DNA from: a virus
Direction: 5' to 3' (one strand)
DNA length: 64,000 bases
Virus record (IMG/VR): IMGVR_UViG_3300032294_002877
Span: 32,001-96,000 of that record
Positions 1-9,357 of this stretch are shown here, piece after piece (position 1 is the first letter of the stretch; every line of letters begins with the position of its first letter). A program made the translations under genes and the position numbers. The notes under the pieces are model-generated. The model was not told the origin of the DNA and searched no databases. It saw only the letters and a list, made by a program, of their open reading frames with translations.

Positions 1-16
1 CAATTGTTGACCGTCT

Positions 17-202
17 ATGCCTTGTGACACTATAAAATTTAGGGTCTTACAAAATCCAGATAATAAAAATGTAAATCTGGAGGTATATCGTCCATACGGA
101 AACAATAACGAGTGGATGAGAGTTGATATTTTTAATGATATGACTCTTAAAGAACTAAAATGTTTAACAGAATATCTGATCGGTATTTTCCAAAAAAAAT
201 AA
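17..202 (+). CDS. small hypothetical protein (paralog of 5001-5195)
   Basis: ORF track; shares pattern with 5001-5195. Confidence 0.6.
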   Translation: MPCDTIKFRVLQNPDNKNVNLEVYRPYGNNNEWMRVDIFNDMTLKELKCLTEYLIGIFQKK

Positions 203-233
203 CATACGTTCTCCATTTTCTTTAAAGACGGTG

Positions 234-261
234 TTGACAAATGCCGATTCTATGGTAAGAT
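234..261 (+). promoter_or_regulatory. sigma70-type promoter with CCGAT in spacer
   Basis: TTGACA-16nt-TAAGAT with TG extended -10, in intergenic gap upstream of 290. Confidence 0.7.
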
Positions 262-289
262 GATTGTGTAAATCACACTGAGGTTACGA

Positions 290-529
290 ATGAATAAACA
301 AAACAGATACGCTGATTTCGGCCACTTTATGAATTGTGTTGCCGAATATATTGAGCAAGAATATGTTGATCTTGATCTCTCGTCTGGTTTTACGGACGAT
401 GAGCGATATACTATCAAAAATATTGTGACCGCACATTACGAGGATGGTGACGTTGCTTGTAATGCGGCTAATAATGTTATGTGTTATCTTCGTACCTCTA
501 GAGAATGGATGGAAAAGAATGAAAAGTAA
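290..529 (+). CDS. hypothetical protein (paralog of 5395-5613)
   Basis: ORF with GAGG RBS after promoter. Confidence 0.7.
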   Translation: MNKQNRYADFGHFMNCVAEYIEQEYVDLDLSSGFTDDERYTIKNIVTAHYEDGDVACNAANNVMCYLRTSREWMEKNEK

Positions 530-710
530 GTTTAGTGTTAAGGCTAAGAATAGTAAGTTTGTTGTGCTGAAGGAAAATGGCGAACCCGTTATTCTTCCGC
601 GTAATGATGTTCCCAACATGGTGGCTGAATTTGATAGTGTTGATGACGCTAACAAGTATATTGGTATTCTTGAAGTTCTGATGAAGAAGAAGGAATATAG
701 GAGTAAGTAA
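519..710 (+). CDS. hypothetical protein
   Basis: ORF; ATG at 519 preferred over the longer 444 start, which overlaps the previous gene. Confidence 0.6.
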   Translation: MKSKFSVKAKNSKFVVLKENGEPVILPRNDVPNMVAEFDSVDDANKYIGILEVLMKKKEYRSK

Positions 711-712
711 TC

Positions 713-1195
713 ATGGGAATGGGTAGTTATGCTGTTGGAAGTTTTGTTATTGAATATAAGGACTTGAAGAAAATTTGTCCCGACGAAATTAAATCTATTG
801 AGAAAGCAAAGTATTTTAAGGATGTTGGTTGGAACACTATAGGAAAATGGCTTGCTTGGGATGATCCAGAAAATCTTAAAGATGAACTTTATGTTTCTGT
901 AGAGGAAGATAAATCTAAGCCTGTAATTAGACTCGGATTGAGTGAGGATCAAATTGTAGAAGATATTTTTCAAGAGTATGAAAACCTCGTAATCTCTCTG
1001 AAAAATTCGTTCAATAAAAAGACCGGACTAACTTTGTATTTTGATATTTATGATAGTGAATGTGGCGACAGATATGATAATCCCGGCGATAAGGAAGGTT
1101 GTATTTTCTGTGTAGATGGTATGGTTCAACTTACTCCTGCCGGAAAGAAATTTAAGGATATTATCTCTGAAAGAAAGTGGACACAATTCGGATGA
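713..1195 (+). CDS. hypothetical protein
   Basis: 160 aa ORF tightly packed in operon. Confidence 0.7.
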   Translation: MGMGSYAVGSFVIEYKDLKKICPDEIKSIEKAKYFKDVGWNTIGKWLAWDDPENLKDELYVSVEEDKSKPVIRLGLSEDQIVEDIFQEYENLVISLKNSFNKKTGLTLYFDIYDSECGDRYDNPGDKEGCIFCVDGMVQLTPAGKKFKDIISERKWTQFG

Positions 1196-1587
1196 AAAAA
1201 GAAGTGGCTAAAAAGTGGGTCAAGGCTTTGCGTAGTGGAAAATATAAGCAAGGCCAAAGTTGGCTCAAACAATATGATAAAAAAGGACAAGAAAGACACT
1301 GTTGTCTGGGAGTTCTTTGTGAACTGTATAATGATGAGATGAAAAAGAAACATAAAAAGTCTTTGAACACAAAGATTGTTGATGGTTGGGCAGAACGAAG
1401 AATCTCGTTTAATAAACAGGATCAAGGCTTGCCAGTTGTGGTTAAAAAATGGGCAGGAATGAAAGATAGTCTTGGTTACTTTATTGCTGATACTGAATTT
1501 AGCGAATGTCTTGCTGACTTAAATGATATGGGTACTAAGTTTAAGACTATTGCAAATACTATTGAGAAAAATGTAGAGAATCTGTAA
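1192..1587 (+). CDS. phage hypothetical protein with HCCLGVLCEL motif
   Basis: ATGA overlap at 1192; W..ALRSGKY.QG and CCLGVLC motifs recognised from phage ORFs. Confidence 0.7.
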   Translation: MKKEVAKKWVKALRSGKYKQGQSWLKQYDKKGQERHCCLGVLCELYNDEMKKKHKKSLNTKIVDGWAERRISFNKQDQGLPVVVKKWAGMKDSLGYFIADTEFSECLADLNDMGTKFKTIANTIEKNVENL

Positions 1588-1622
1588 TTATTGTTATTTT
1601 ACTCTTTTAAAGAAAGTCAATT

Positions 1623-1799
1623 ATGAATAAGGTGCTGGAAAAGGTTTGTTTTTATGCTGGTTTTGCTAGTATCGCTGCTAGTATTGCTATTTGGTTTCTC
1701 AGTAAGGAACCAGATGTTGCTCATGGAGAGCGATTCGGTATTTTCGTTGGACTTTGGGCTCCTACTTTTTTTACTCTTAGTAATCATTTTCGTAAATAA
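1623..1799 (+). CDS. small two-helix membrane protein (58 aa, absent from ORF track)
   Basis: manual translation MNKVLEKVCFYAGFASIAASIAIWF...ERFGIFVGLWAPTFF. Confidence 0.65.
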   Translation: MNKVLEKVCFYAGFASIAASIAIWFLSKEPDVAHGERFGIFVGLWAPTFFTLSNHFRK

Positions 1800-1806
1800 A
1801 ATCTAA

Positions 1807-2163
1807 ATGAATCACGATTTAGAGCATGATTTATACCATAGCAATACTATAAAGTCTAAATGTAACAATAGCGAAATTTATAGTCAAAATTTATACGCTG
1901 CTCTTTGTAACAACCGTTTCTTCTATAATAATGAAGAATGGACTGTTTCGTGGAGAGGTGCTGGTGCTATAGTGAGCGAGATAAATAAAGGCGATCAATA
2001 TGATTATATGGACTACTATTGTTCTGGTATGGGAAATTGTAATGGATTTGTATGCGAAGGTTTTGTAACAGAAGAGATACGATTAGATTTAATAAAATTA
2101 GGATGGATTATTAAACCTTATGAGCCTAGATTAGAGCCAGGACTTTATAGAAACGAATGGTAA
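1807..2163 (+). CDS. conserved phage hypothetical protein
   Basis: YSQNLYAALCNN motif; ORF packing. Confidence 0.7.
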   Translation: MNHDLEHDLYHSNTIKSKCNNSEIYSQNLYAALCNNRFFYNNEEWTVSWRGAGAIVSEINKGDQYDYMDYYCSGMGNCNGFVCEGFVTEEIRLDLIKLGWIIKPYEPRLEPGLYRNEW

Positions 2164-2166
2164 ATT

Positions 2167-2808
2167 ATGATTACTGTTATAGGAGATGTTCATGGTAAGC
2201 ATGATGCTTATCGTGATCTTATTTACAGAACTAACGGATATACTCTGCAACTAGGAGACTTTGGTTTTAAGTATGATATTCTACAAAGCGTAGATTCAAC
2301 CAAGCATTTAATTCTCCCTGGTAATCATGACAATTATGATATTTGCTACAAGTATCCTCATTTTTTAGGAGACTATGGATATACATCTCTTAATAAGGTA
2401 GAATTCTTCTATTACAGAGGGGCTTATTCTATTGATCGTAAGTATCGTACAATAGGAATAGATTGGTGGGAAAGAGAGCAAGTTAATATTGAGGGTTTCA
2501 TGAAGGCCCGCGAACTTTATCGACAGCAAAAGCCGGATATTGTTATTACTCATGATTGTCCAGAAAGTATTGCGTACCAGATGATTCCGCCGGGACAACG
2601 AGTTTATCAAAATGTTACCAATTGGGCATTACAAGAGTTGTTTAATATACACGAACCAAAACTGTGGATATTCGGCCATTACCATAAGTCTACAACAATA
2701 GATAGTGGACGAACAAAGTTTGTGTGTCTTGACGAACTAGAAACTTATGATATACTGAACGATACGGATAATGCAGAATACTACCAACAAGTATACTACA
2801 AGTATTAA
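2167..2808 (+). CDS. calcineurin-like metallophosphoesterase
   Basis: GDVHG, LGDFG, GNHD, THD, GHYH motifs. Confidence 0.9.
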   Translation: MITVIGDVHGKHDAYRDLIYRTNGYTLQLGDFGFKYDILQSVDSTKHLILPGNHDNYDICYKYPHFLGDYGYTSLNKVEFFYYRGAYSIDRKYRTIGIDWWEREQVNIEGFMKARELYRQQKPDIVITHDCPESIAYQMIPPGQRVYQNVTNWALQELFNIHEPKLWIFGHYHKSTTIDSGRTKFVCLDELETYDILNDTDNAEYYQQVYYKY

Positions 2809-2810
2809 TT

Positions 2811-3272
2811 ATGGATCAAGAACTACAAAACGAACTATTCCAAAAATATCCTGACCTTTTTTCTAACAAAGATAAGGGTATAAAATCCAGTTGCATGGCA
2901 TGGGGAATAGAGTGCGGGAATGGCTGGTTTGATATAATCTCCCCACTTTGCTGGATGATTAAACAGCACGAAGGTAATATACGACGGAGACAGGAATGGA
3001 AACAAAAACAGAATTCTGAAGTTCAAAAAGATTTTAATGTTAGCGTAGAAGGAGATGAACCAGAATACTTTCCTGTTAAATTCGATCAAGTTAAGGAAAA
3101 GTACGGTGGATTACGAGTTTACTTTACTGGTGGTGATGATTATGTTGAAGGTTTAGTGAGTATGGCTGAGAGTTTTAGTTACAAAATTTGTGAAGTTTGC
3201 GGAGATAGAGGAAGTCCGAATGAGGGTGGATGGATTAGTACGCTTTGTGATAAATGTAGGAATCAAGCATGA
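2811..3272 (+). CDS. conserved phage hypothetical protein
   Basis: ECGNGW, QVKEKYGGLRVY and C-terminal CxxC..CxxC motifs. Confidence 0.75.
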   Translation: MDQELQNELFQKYPDLFSNKDKGIKSSCMAWGIECGNGWFDIISPLCWMIKQHEGNIRRRQEWKQKQNSEVQKDFNVSVEGDEPEYFPVKFDQVKEKYGGLRVYFTGGDDYVEGLVSMAESFSYKICEVCGDRGSPNEGGWISTLCDKCRNQA

Positions 3273-3487
3273 ATAAAACTTGGCAAGAAAAACAAAAAGA
3301 AATGGTTCAATCTGGCTATAATAGAGCCAAAGAGTTAGCAAAAGAAATATGGATAGAGGGAAATCACGAAGGAAACCCTAATGATTTCTATTACTTTGAG
3401 TGCGGATTTGTGGCCGGATTAAACTATCAAAGATTACAGGCTTTAGAAAAATTAAGCGAACTTGACCAAGAATTGGGATTAGAATGA
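3269..3487 (+). CDS. hypothetical protein
   Basis: ORF with ATGA overlaps. Confidence 0.6.
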   Translation: MNKTWQEKQKEMVQSGYNRAKELAKEIWIEGNHEGNPNDFYYFECGFVAGLNYQRLQALEKLSELDQELGLE

Positions 3488-3996
3488 AAAATAAATTTTC
3501 TATTACAGACTTGGCGATCATCCTTGTTGCTGCACTAATTTTAGTATTGCCTACATTTTTTGTACCAGAAAAGTATAATCTCTATGATTATTTGAAAGCC
3601 AAACGATTAGAATCATATAATCAGAAACACAAAGAAGTCTTCATAACTTGCATATACTGTAAAGGAACCGGCGAAAGAATTGAGGATGTTAATCGTATTA
3701 TATTCATGGCTAAAGTTCAACTTTACTTAAATAAACATTTAGCGGTTGACAAGTGCAAAAAGTGTGTTAAAATACCCGAAACTGGCATTTATATCTACTG
3801 TGACGAGGCTAATAACCAATATTCCATTTTTCTTAAAGAGTATGGTGCTGCTGGGCCGAAAATGGAAAAGACAAGTTGTGGCGAATGTTTGGGAATGGGA
3901 CAGTTTTCTTCATTTGATATAAAAACTCAAAGATATTTAACACAACAAGAATACGAAGATAGAGAACGAAAGAAACAAAATGAAAACAACAGATGA
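3484..3996 (+). CDS. membrane-anchored protein with DnaJ-type CxxCxGxG zinc-finger repeats
   Basis: N-terminal hydrophobic helix; CIYCKGTG and CGECLGMG. Confidence 0.6.
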   Translation: MKNKFSITDLAIILVAALILVLPTFFVPEKYNLYDYLKAKRLESYNQKHKEVFITCIYCKGTGERIEDVNRIIFMAKVQLYLNKHLAVDKCKKCVKIPETGIYIYCDEANNQYSIFLKEYGAAGPKMEKTSCGECLGMGQFSSFDIKTQRYLTQQEYEDRERKKQNENNR

Positions 3997-4165
3997 ACTT
4001 AAAGAAAGACTGAAACATCTTATAAATGAAACATTTGTTGATGAGTGGCTAGATTCTCCTAATCCGGCTTTTGATAACAAAACTCCACGACAACTTATAG
4101 TAGAACAAAATACTGATCAGATAGAAATGATGCTGTACAGATTAGGTAGCGGAGAACCAACATAA
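3980..4165 (+). CDS. Xre/MbcA/ParS toxin-binding domain (DUF2384-like) protein
   Basis: WLDSPNPAFDNKTPRQLI matches the W L..PN.AL.G.TP..LL pattern. Confidence 0.8.
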   Translation: MKTTDELKERLKHLINETFVDEWLDSPNPAFDNKTPRQLIVEQNTDQIEMMLYRLGSGEPT

Positions 4166-4449
4166 TGAAAACCTTTAAGGAACAATTAAGAAGAGTTGTC
4201 GATAACGTACATTGTGATTGCTGCGGAAGAAGCACAACTCATTACAGTGAAATTGGGCCAGATTATGCAACACTTGAAAGTTGTTGGGGATATGGTTCAA
4301 TAAATGATGGAACTAAATATAATATTGATCTTTGTGAGAGTTGTTTCTTTGAGGTTTTAGGTTTTATCAAACAGAAAAGAAAAAGTGTCTTGGGGCCATT
4401 TAATTATCCGTATGATAATGATCCTTTGGATGGAGTCAAATACCTATAA
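4165..4449 (+). CDS. hypothetical Zn-binding protein
   Basis: CDCCG and DLCESC motifs. Confidence 0.65.
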   Translation: MKTFKEQLRRVVDNVHCDCCGRSTTHYSEIGPDYATLESCWGYGSINDGTKYNIDLCESCFFEVLGFIKQKRKSVLGPFNYPYDNDPLDGVKYL

Positions 4450-4467
4450 TTCAATAAAGGGAAAATT

Positions 4468-4761
4468 ATGATCAAATATGCACTATGTTTTGTACTATTA
4501 CTAACTGCTGGAATATGTAATGCTCAAGAGTGGATTCCATACAATCCTACTAATGTTTATCAAATTAATCAGCAGAGTATAACATCAGTCTCCACAGTAT
4601 ATCAGCAGCGATATCAACCAGTTGTTGTTTATCAATTGGTTCCTATAATTACTTATCAAAATTATGTTGTAGAAAAACAATGCTTTTTTCACAGAATACA
4701 AACTGTAACAACACAACCAGTAGTTCAATGGACTTATCAGCCAGTTTTAATCTATAGGTGA
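4468..4761 (+). CDS. putative secreted protein, Q/V/Y-rich
   Basis: signal peptide MIKYALCFVLLLTAGICNA-Q. Confidence 0.6.
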   Translation: MIKYALCFVLLLTAGICNAQEWIPYNPTNVYQINQQSITSVSTVYQQRYQPVVVYQLVPIITYQNYVVEKQCFFHRIQTVTTQPVVQWTYQPVLIYR

Positions 4762-4764
4762 TAT

Positions 4765-5004
4765 ATGGGTTGGGAATTTAGAGTTGTAAAGAGCGAATGG
4801 AATCATAAATACTTTCACGAAATTCGTGATACTTATGCTGTCCACGAGGTTTATGTTAATGATGAGTCTAATAAGATTGTGAAAGTAGAAAACGAGCCAT
4901 ACCATTTAATGGAAACAGATTTTAATACTCTCCAAGATCATGTAGTTAAACTTAATGAGTGTTTTTCTAAACCTATGATTGATAAAAACGGACAAGAAGT
5001 ATGA
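4765..5004 (+). CDS. phage hypothetical protein
   Basis: W.FRVV...Y.VHEVY motif. Confidence 0.65.
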   Translation: MGWEFRVVKSEWNHKYFHEIRDTYAVHEVYVNDESNKIVKVENEPYHLMETDFNTLQDHVVKLNECFSKPMIDKNGQEV

Positions 5005-5195
5005 ATCCAACAATAGAATTTCGATTAGAACCAACACTAGATAAGAAACAGTTTTATCTAGATACTTTTCGTCCATACTATGACAATGTTGACAATCGCC
5101 GTCTGGTCAGGTATGATAGCATGAAAAGCCTAACCCGCGAAGAACTCAAACAACTAGCAGATTTTATCACAAAATATCTTGAGGATAATCCATGA
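5001..5195 (+). CDS. hypothetical protein (paralog of 17-202)
   Basis: ORF; shared motif with 17-202. Confidence 0.6.
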   Translation: MNPTIEFRLEPTLDKKQFYLDTFRPYYDNVDNRRLVRYDSMKSLTREELKQLADFITKYLEDNP

Positions 5196-5398
5196 ACTTG
5201 ATAGTTGATACGAAATACGATCATATACTTTCGCATGAAAGCGGACACAAATTCCTCATACAGTATATTCATGATAAAGGAACATTATTCAAGTGGAGTG
5301 ATATTGGTGGCTGGAATCATATTGTTTCAGTCTATAATAGTAATGGACGAGATAGTGTAATTGAAGAACTTAAACTTATTATTCCGGGTTTTGTATGA
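5192..5398 (+). CDS. hypothetical protein
   Basis: ORF with ATGA overlaps. Confidence 0.6.
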   Translation: MNLIVDTKYDHILSHESGHKFLIQYIHDKGTLFKWSDIGGWNHIVSVYNSNGRDSVIEELKLIIPGFV

Positions 5399-5613
5399 AC
5401 AAAAAAGCAAACAAACTTGTTGCTACTTTTTTCAAAAGCGTTTCTTCGTATATGAAGCAAGAATACAAAAGCAGATACTACAGATTCTATAATGATCCTG
5501 TAATGATTGATGAGATGATTAGATTAACATCGTCCTATTATTGGGGAGGAAATAGTGTGCCTAGTGCTGCTGGTGATCTTGTTGATTATATGAAAAGCAA
5601 GTATAATGTTTAA
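5395..5613 (+). CDS. hypothetical protein (paralog of 290-529)
   Basis: ORF; shared motif with 290-529. Confidence 0.6.
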   Translation: MNKKANKLVATFFKSVSSYMKQEYKSRYYRFYNDPVMIDEMIRLTSSYYWGGNSVPSAAGDLVDYMKSKYNV

Positions 5614-5717
5614 TAACGAAGCACCAATACTGGGTTTGGAAATTAATGACGGTAAAAATGCTCCATTTGCTGATTTGTATTTAGACACTTTTCCAGAATG
5701 GTACGAGGTAGAATAAT

Positions 5718-5927
5718 ATGGATGTTGGAGTTGATCTTGATGATTATATCAATAAACTTCATAGACAAATAGAAGATTTGCAAAAGATTAATGCTTCACT
5801 TAGACGAGAAATAAGAACACAAAGATACGAAATTGCAGAACTAAGACAGCAGAGAGCATTTATTATAGAAGACGATATGAAACCTCCAGAATATTATAAA
5901 GGATTATGGGAAGATGCTCAGGATTAA
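5718..5927 (+). CDS. coiled-coil hypothetical protein
   Basis: heptad-like central region. Confidence 0.55.
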   Translation: MDVGVDLDDYINKLHRQIEDLQKINASLRREIRTQRYEIAELRQQRAFIIEDDMKPPEYYKGLWEDAQD

Positions 5928-6531
5928 AAATCAGCCTCATAATAGCGTATGGGTTTGGGCGGATTCTCAGGAAGAACTTGGACTGACGTTTATGCGTTTC
6001 CAAGAACACTATGAGAGTCCTAATCCATTATTTAGAAACAACATATTCACGGTTGGTCAATTAAGACAGTGGTACTCTATTCAGTACGGAGGAAATACAT
6101 ATCACCATGATTGGCAAGGATTTAACTTTCCTAGTAAAGTGCTAACTCCTTTCAAGGAAGGACTATTTGATCCGTTAACTAGCGAAGAACATAATTTACT
6201 CAGTCTTTTCAGATACCGTAATGATAATTTCTATATTATCGGGGCTCAAAATAGATCGGTATTGCGACACGAATTAGCACATGCACTATATTCTCATAAT
6301 AGTACATATCAACATTGTGTAGATAAACTTTGTTTAAAATACAGAAAAGAACTCAATAAAACACGACAATATATCTTAAAAAAGGGATATGATCAATCTG
6401 TGCTTAATGATGAAATGCAGGCATATATTACAGATAATGATGACGAGTACATTATCAAACATACTCCATCGAATGTAATACAACAGTTCAATCTGCTCTA
6501 TAATAAATATAAGGAAAATACTGATGAATGA
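5914..6531 (+). CDS. hypothetical protein with HExxH motif (possible metallopeptidase fold)
   Basis: LRHELAHALY and downstream DEMQAY. Confidence 0.55.
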   Translation: MLRIKNQPHNSVWVWADSQEELGLTFMRFQEHYESPNPLFRNNIFTVGQLRQWYSIQYGGNTYHHDWQGFNFPSKVLTPFKEGLFDPLTSEEHNLLSLFRYRNDNFYIIGAQNRSVLRHELAHALYSHNSTYQHCVDKLCLKYRKELNKTRQYILKKGYDQSVLNDEMQAYITDNDDEYIIKHTPSNVIQQFNLLYNKYKENTDE

Positions 6532-6703
6532 AGAATTATCAGATGAAGAAAAGAGTTTTCACGAATGGCTTGCTGAAAATACACAGTATGTGTCTCAAAA
6601 TAAATACTCTATTAATGTAATGAAGAGATTATATTTAGCTGGTTTTTCTGCCGGGTATATGTATAAGAAAAAACACGACGCTATGGAACAATTACAAAAA
6701 TAA
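6524..6703 (+). CDS. small hypothetical protein (59 aa, absent from ORF track)
   Basis: manual translation; fills gap with overlaps at both ends. Confidence 0.55.
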   Translation: MNEELSDEEKSFHEWLAENTQYVSQNKYSINVMKRLYLAGFSAGYMYKKKHDAMEQLQK

Positions 6704-6924
6704 TGACCAATAATCAATTAGATGTTCTGATAAATATATGTAATTTAGCACTAAGTCGCTCTTATGGTTTAACTAAGAGTCAAATTCAAGACATTGACAA
6801 TGCAAGGAAAGCGTTGTATAATGAAAGATATTCTTTGGGAGATAAAAAATGCTCTGGTCTGAAGTTAAAAAGTGGGCTAAAGAAAACGGCTACGAAGTTG
6901 TCAAAGAAAAAGATGACTCTGTAA
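6703..6924 (+). CDS. hypothetical protein
   Basis: ORF; 3' part overlaps next ORF, so uncertain. Confidence 0.4.
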   Translation: MTNNQLDVLINICNLALSRSYGLTKSQIQDIDNARKALYNERYSLGDKKCSGLKLKSGLKKTATKLSKKKMTL

Positions 6925-7103
6925 ACGGTGCTTCTTATTATTGGGCCAATATGACAAATACTTCGCTTAGTGGGGTTTCTCTTAGCGTAAGTAAACTTGC
7001 TAGAGATATTTATAATTCTATAACTAGCAATGAATGGGTGGAGCATCAAACACAATTTCAGATAAAACTATCAGAAGAAGAAAATATTAATTATGAAAGT
7101 TAG
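6849..7103 (+). CDS. hypothetical protein
   Basis: ORF directly upstream of thyX. Confidence 0.65.
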   Translation: MLWSEVKKWAKENGYEVVKEKDDSVNGASYYWANMTNTSLSGVSLSVSKLARDIYNSITSNEWVEHQTQFQIKLSEEENINYES

Positions 7104-7737
7104 CGTTGTTAGCGTTACTCCAGATGCAGAAAAAACTATGGCCTATTGTGCCAGAGTTAGTAACCCGTCTAATCAAGATAATGAAAACTATGCTAAACTC
7201 TTAAAATATTGTATAGACCACCAGCACTGGAGTATTTTTGAGATGGCTTTTATGACTCTGCAAGTCGATACAACAAGAGGCATCGCTGCCCAAATACTAA
7301 GACATAGAAGTTTTACCTTTCAAGAATTTAGTCAAAGATATGCAGATACTACTTTACTTAGCGAAGAAATTCCACTCTTTGAATTAAGAAGACAAGATAC
7401 AAAAAATAGACAAAACAGCATTAATAATATAGATGCAGAGATTAAGAGTAAATGGAATAGTCAAATACGGCAGCATTTTTCTAAAGCAAAAGCAATTTAT
7501 GATGGCATGATCGCAGATGGCATTGCTAAAGAATGTGCGAGATTTGTTTTACCATTAGCAACTCCAACACGCATTTATATGAGTGGTAGTGTACGATCAT
7601 GGATTCATTATATTAATTTACGTTCAGCAAATGGTACGCAAAAAGAGCATATGGAAATCGCTAATTATTGTAAACAAATTTTTATTGAACAATTTCCAAC
7701 TATAAGCGAGGCTTTGTTATGGAATCATCAGTCTTAG
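7093..7737 (+). CDS. thyX: flavin-dependent thymidylate synthase ThyX
   Basis: RHRSFTFQEFSQRY signature, HWSIFE. Confidence 0.97.
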   Translation: MKVSVVSVTPDAEKTMAYCARVSNPSNQDNENYAKLLKYCIDHQHWSIFEMAFMTLQVDTTRGIAAQILRHRSFTFQEFSQRYADTTLLSEEIPLFELRRQDTKNRQNSINNIDAEIKSKWNSQIRQHFSKAKAIYDGMIADGIAKECARFVLPLATPTRIYMSGSVRSWIHYINLRSANGTQKEHMEIANYCKQIFIEQFPTISEALLWNHQS

Positions 7738-7850
7738 TACAAATTATACTGTGGATGATAGCGATTTATCTCGCTTTTGGTTTGTCTTTTCTTGGTGTTG
7801 GTCTTTGTTTCTTTTTCGTATCTTTTGTTAAGACATTTTGGAGAAAATAA
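7719..7850 (+). CDS. small membrane protein (43 aa, absent from ORF track)
   Basis: manual translation MESSVLVQIILWMIAIYLAFGLSFLGVGLCFFF...; stop overlaps next ATG. Confidence 0.5.
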   Translation: MESSVLVQIILWMIAIYLAFGLSFLGVGLCFFFVSFVKTFWRK

Positions 7851-8044
7851 TGAAAGAATTTGGCATATCCGCACAAGTATTTAAAAATAATGATCTTTCT
7901 AAACAAAATTTACTGATTATTGAAGTGCATACTGGATTTTCGTCAGAAGAAGCATTGTCTAGTTTTAAACTACATTTTCCCTCTATAGAATATTCTCTAG
8001 TAAAAGTCTTATCTATAGAAGAAATACCTCAAGTCGCATCTTGA
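7850..8044 (+). CDS. hypothetical protein
   Basis: GGAG RBS, ATG 7850. Confidence 0.6.
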   Translation: MKEFGISAQVFKNNDLSKQNLLIIEVHTGFSSEEALSSFKLHFPSIEYSLVKVLSIEEIPQVAS

Positions 8045-8068
8045 CTTTAACCGATACTGTGGTATAAT
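8041..8068 (+). promoter_or_regulatory. sigma70-type promoter with CCGAT in spacer
   Basis: TTGACT-16nt-TATAAT, TG extended -10, upstream of uvsE. Confidence 0.8.
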
Positions 8069-8086
8069 ACCGCACAAGGAGTTTTT

Positions 8087-9004
8087 ATGACTAATCGGTT
8101 GGGTCTTTGTTGCATTTCTCTCAAACTTAAAGAGCAGGGTTTTGGTCATCAAACAATGACCTATAAGAGATTTAATTCGTTGCCAAGAGAAGAAGCACTA
8201 GAAATTCTTGGTAGCAGAATTCAAAACAATCTTATGGTAACAGATAAGACTATTGAATTTTGTGCAGAAAAGAACTATGTTTATCGTGTGAGTAGCGATA
8301 TTTTCCCGCTAATTACATTCGATGAGGCTAATGTCAGTCTTGAAGATTTGCCCAACCATGACGCTATTCAAGACGAGTTCGATAATATCAGCAACACCAT
8401 AAAGCGAACAGGAGTTCGCGTATCTTGTCATCCTAGCGAATTTAATAGTTTATCTAGTTTGACTCCTAAAGTAGTCGATAAAACAATTGTAGAACTAAAC
8501 TTTTATAGTAGTTTTTTTGATAGAATTGGTTTGCCAGCCGATACAAATGCTCCCATGAATCTTCATGTCCATAACAATAATGGAACACGCGAAGAAATTA
8601 GTCATAGATTTTATGAAAACTTCAAGCGTTTAGACGAAAATTGTCAGAAACGTATGACAATCGAAAACGACGACAAACTTAATTGCTGGAGTGTGAGAGA
8701 ATTGGTAGATATTTTCCATCCTATTACCAGCATACCGATTTGCTTCGACTATTTGCATCATAAGTGCCATCCTAATAATCTTACTGAATGTGAGGCTATT
8801 AATATGTGCTATGATACATGGCAAACTCGTCCTCTTTTCCATTATAGCGAAAGCAGGCCCGGAAATAATCCAAGGGCTCATGCTGATTATGCAGAAAATA
8901 AATTCGACCATTATGGTTTAGAATTTGATGTTGATATGGAACTCAAAGGTAAAGACAATGCTCTTGAAATGTACGAAGAAATTGTTAAAGGAGTAACAAT
9001 ATGA
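8087..9004 (+). CDS. uvsE: UV-damage endonuclease UvsE/Uve1
   Basis: LGLCC, YRVSS, HPSEF, ENDD, DYLHH, HYSE..RAHAD motifs. Confidence 0.95.
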   Translation: MTNRLGLCCISLKLKEQGFGHQTMTYKRFNSLPREEALEILGSRIQNNLMVTDKTIEFCAEKNYVYRVSSDIFPLITFDEANVSLEDLPNHDAIQDEFDNISNTIKRTGVRVSCHPSEFNSLSSLTPKVVDKTIVELNFYSSFFDRIGLPADTNAPMNLHVHNNNGTREEISHRFYENFKRLDENCQKRMTIENDDKLNCWSVRELVDIFHPITSIPICFDYLHHKCHPNNLTECEAINMCYDTWQTRPLFHYSESRPGNNPRAHADYAENKFDHYGLEFDVDMELKGKDNALEMYEEIVKGVTI

Positions 9005-9150
9005 GCGGATGGCTTATAGCATTTACAGGATGTGTGTATTTATATGTTGCACTAGAGCAATATGTCGTTCATAAAAATATTGGTATGTTTATTACTTATG
9101 TTGGTTATGCTTTTGCAAACGTCGGATTGTATATGCTGGCATCTAAATAA
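9001..9150 (+). CDS. small membrane protein (49 aa, absent from ORF track)
   Basis: MSGWLIAFTGCVYLYVALEQY...YVGYAFANVGLY, a recurrent phage small protein pattern. Confidence 0.6.
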   Translation: MSGWLIAFTGCVYLYVALEQYVVHKNIGMFITYVGYAFANVGLYMLASK

Positions 9151-9162
9151 AGGAATAGTTTT

Positions 9163-9357
9163 ATGACAAAAGAACCAAACAAAATTAAAATGAATGATAC
9201 TCCATCACCATCTAAACCTATAAAAAAAATACCGCTACCACCAATAAATCCAAATAAATATGACATTGATATGAGTGACGATACTTATATCAGACCGGAT
9301 AATGATTCTGTTTACAAGCCTATTGAAAATGAAAATAATTCAGAAAACAATTCGTAA
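9163..9357 (+). CDS. proline-rich hypothetical protein
   Basis: ORF with AAGGA RBS. Confidence 0.5.
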   Translation: MTKEPNKIKMNDTPSPSKPIKKIPLPPINPNKYDIDMSDDTYIRPDNDSVYKPIENENNSENNS

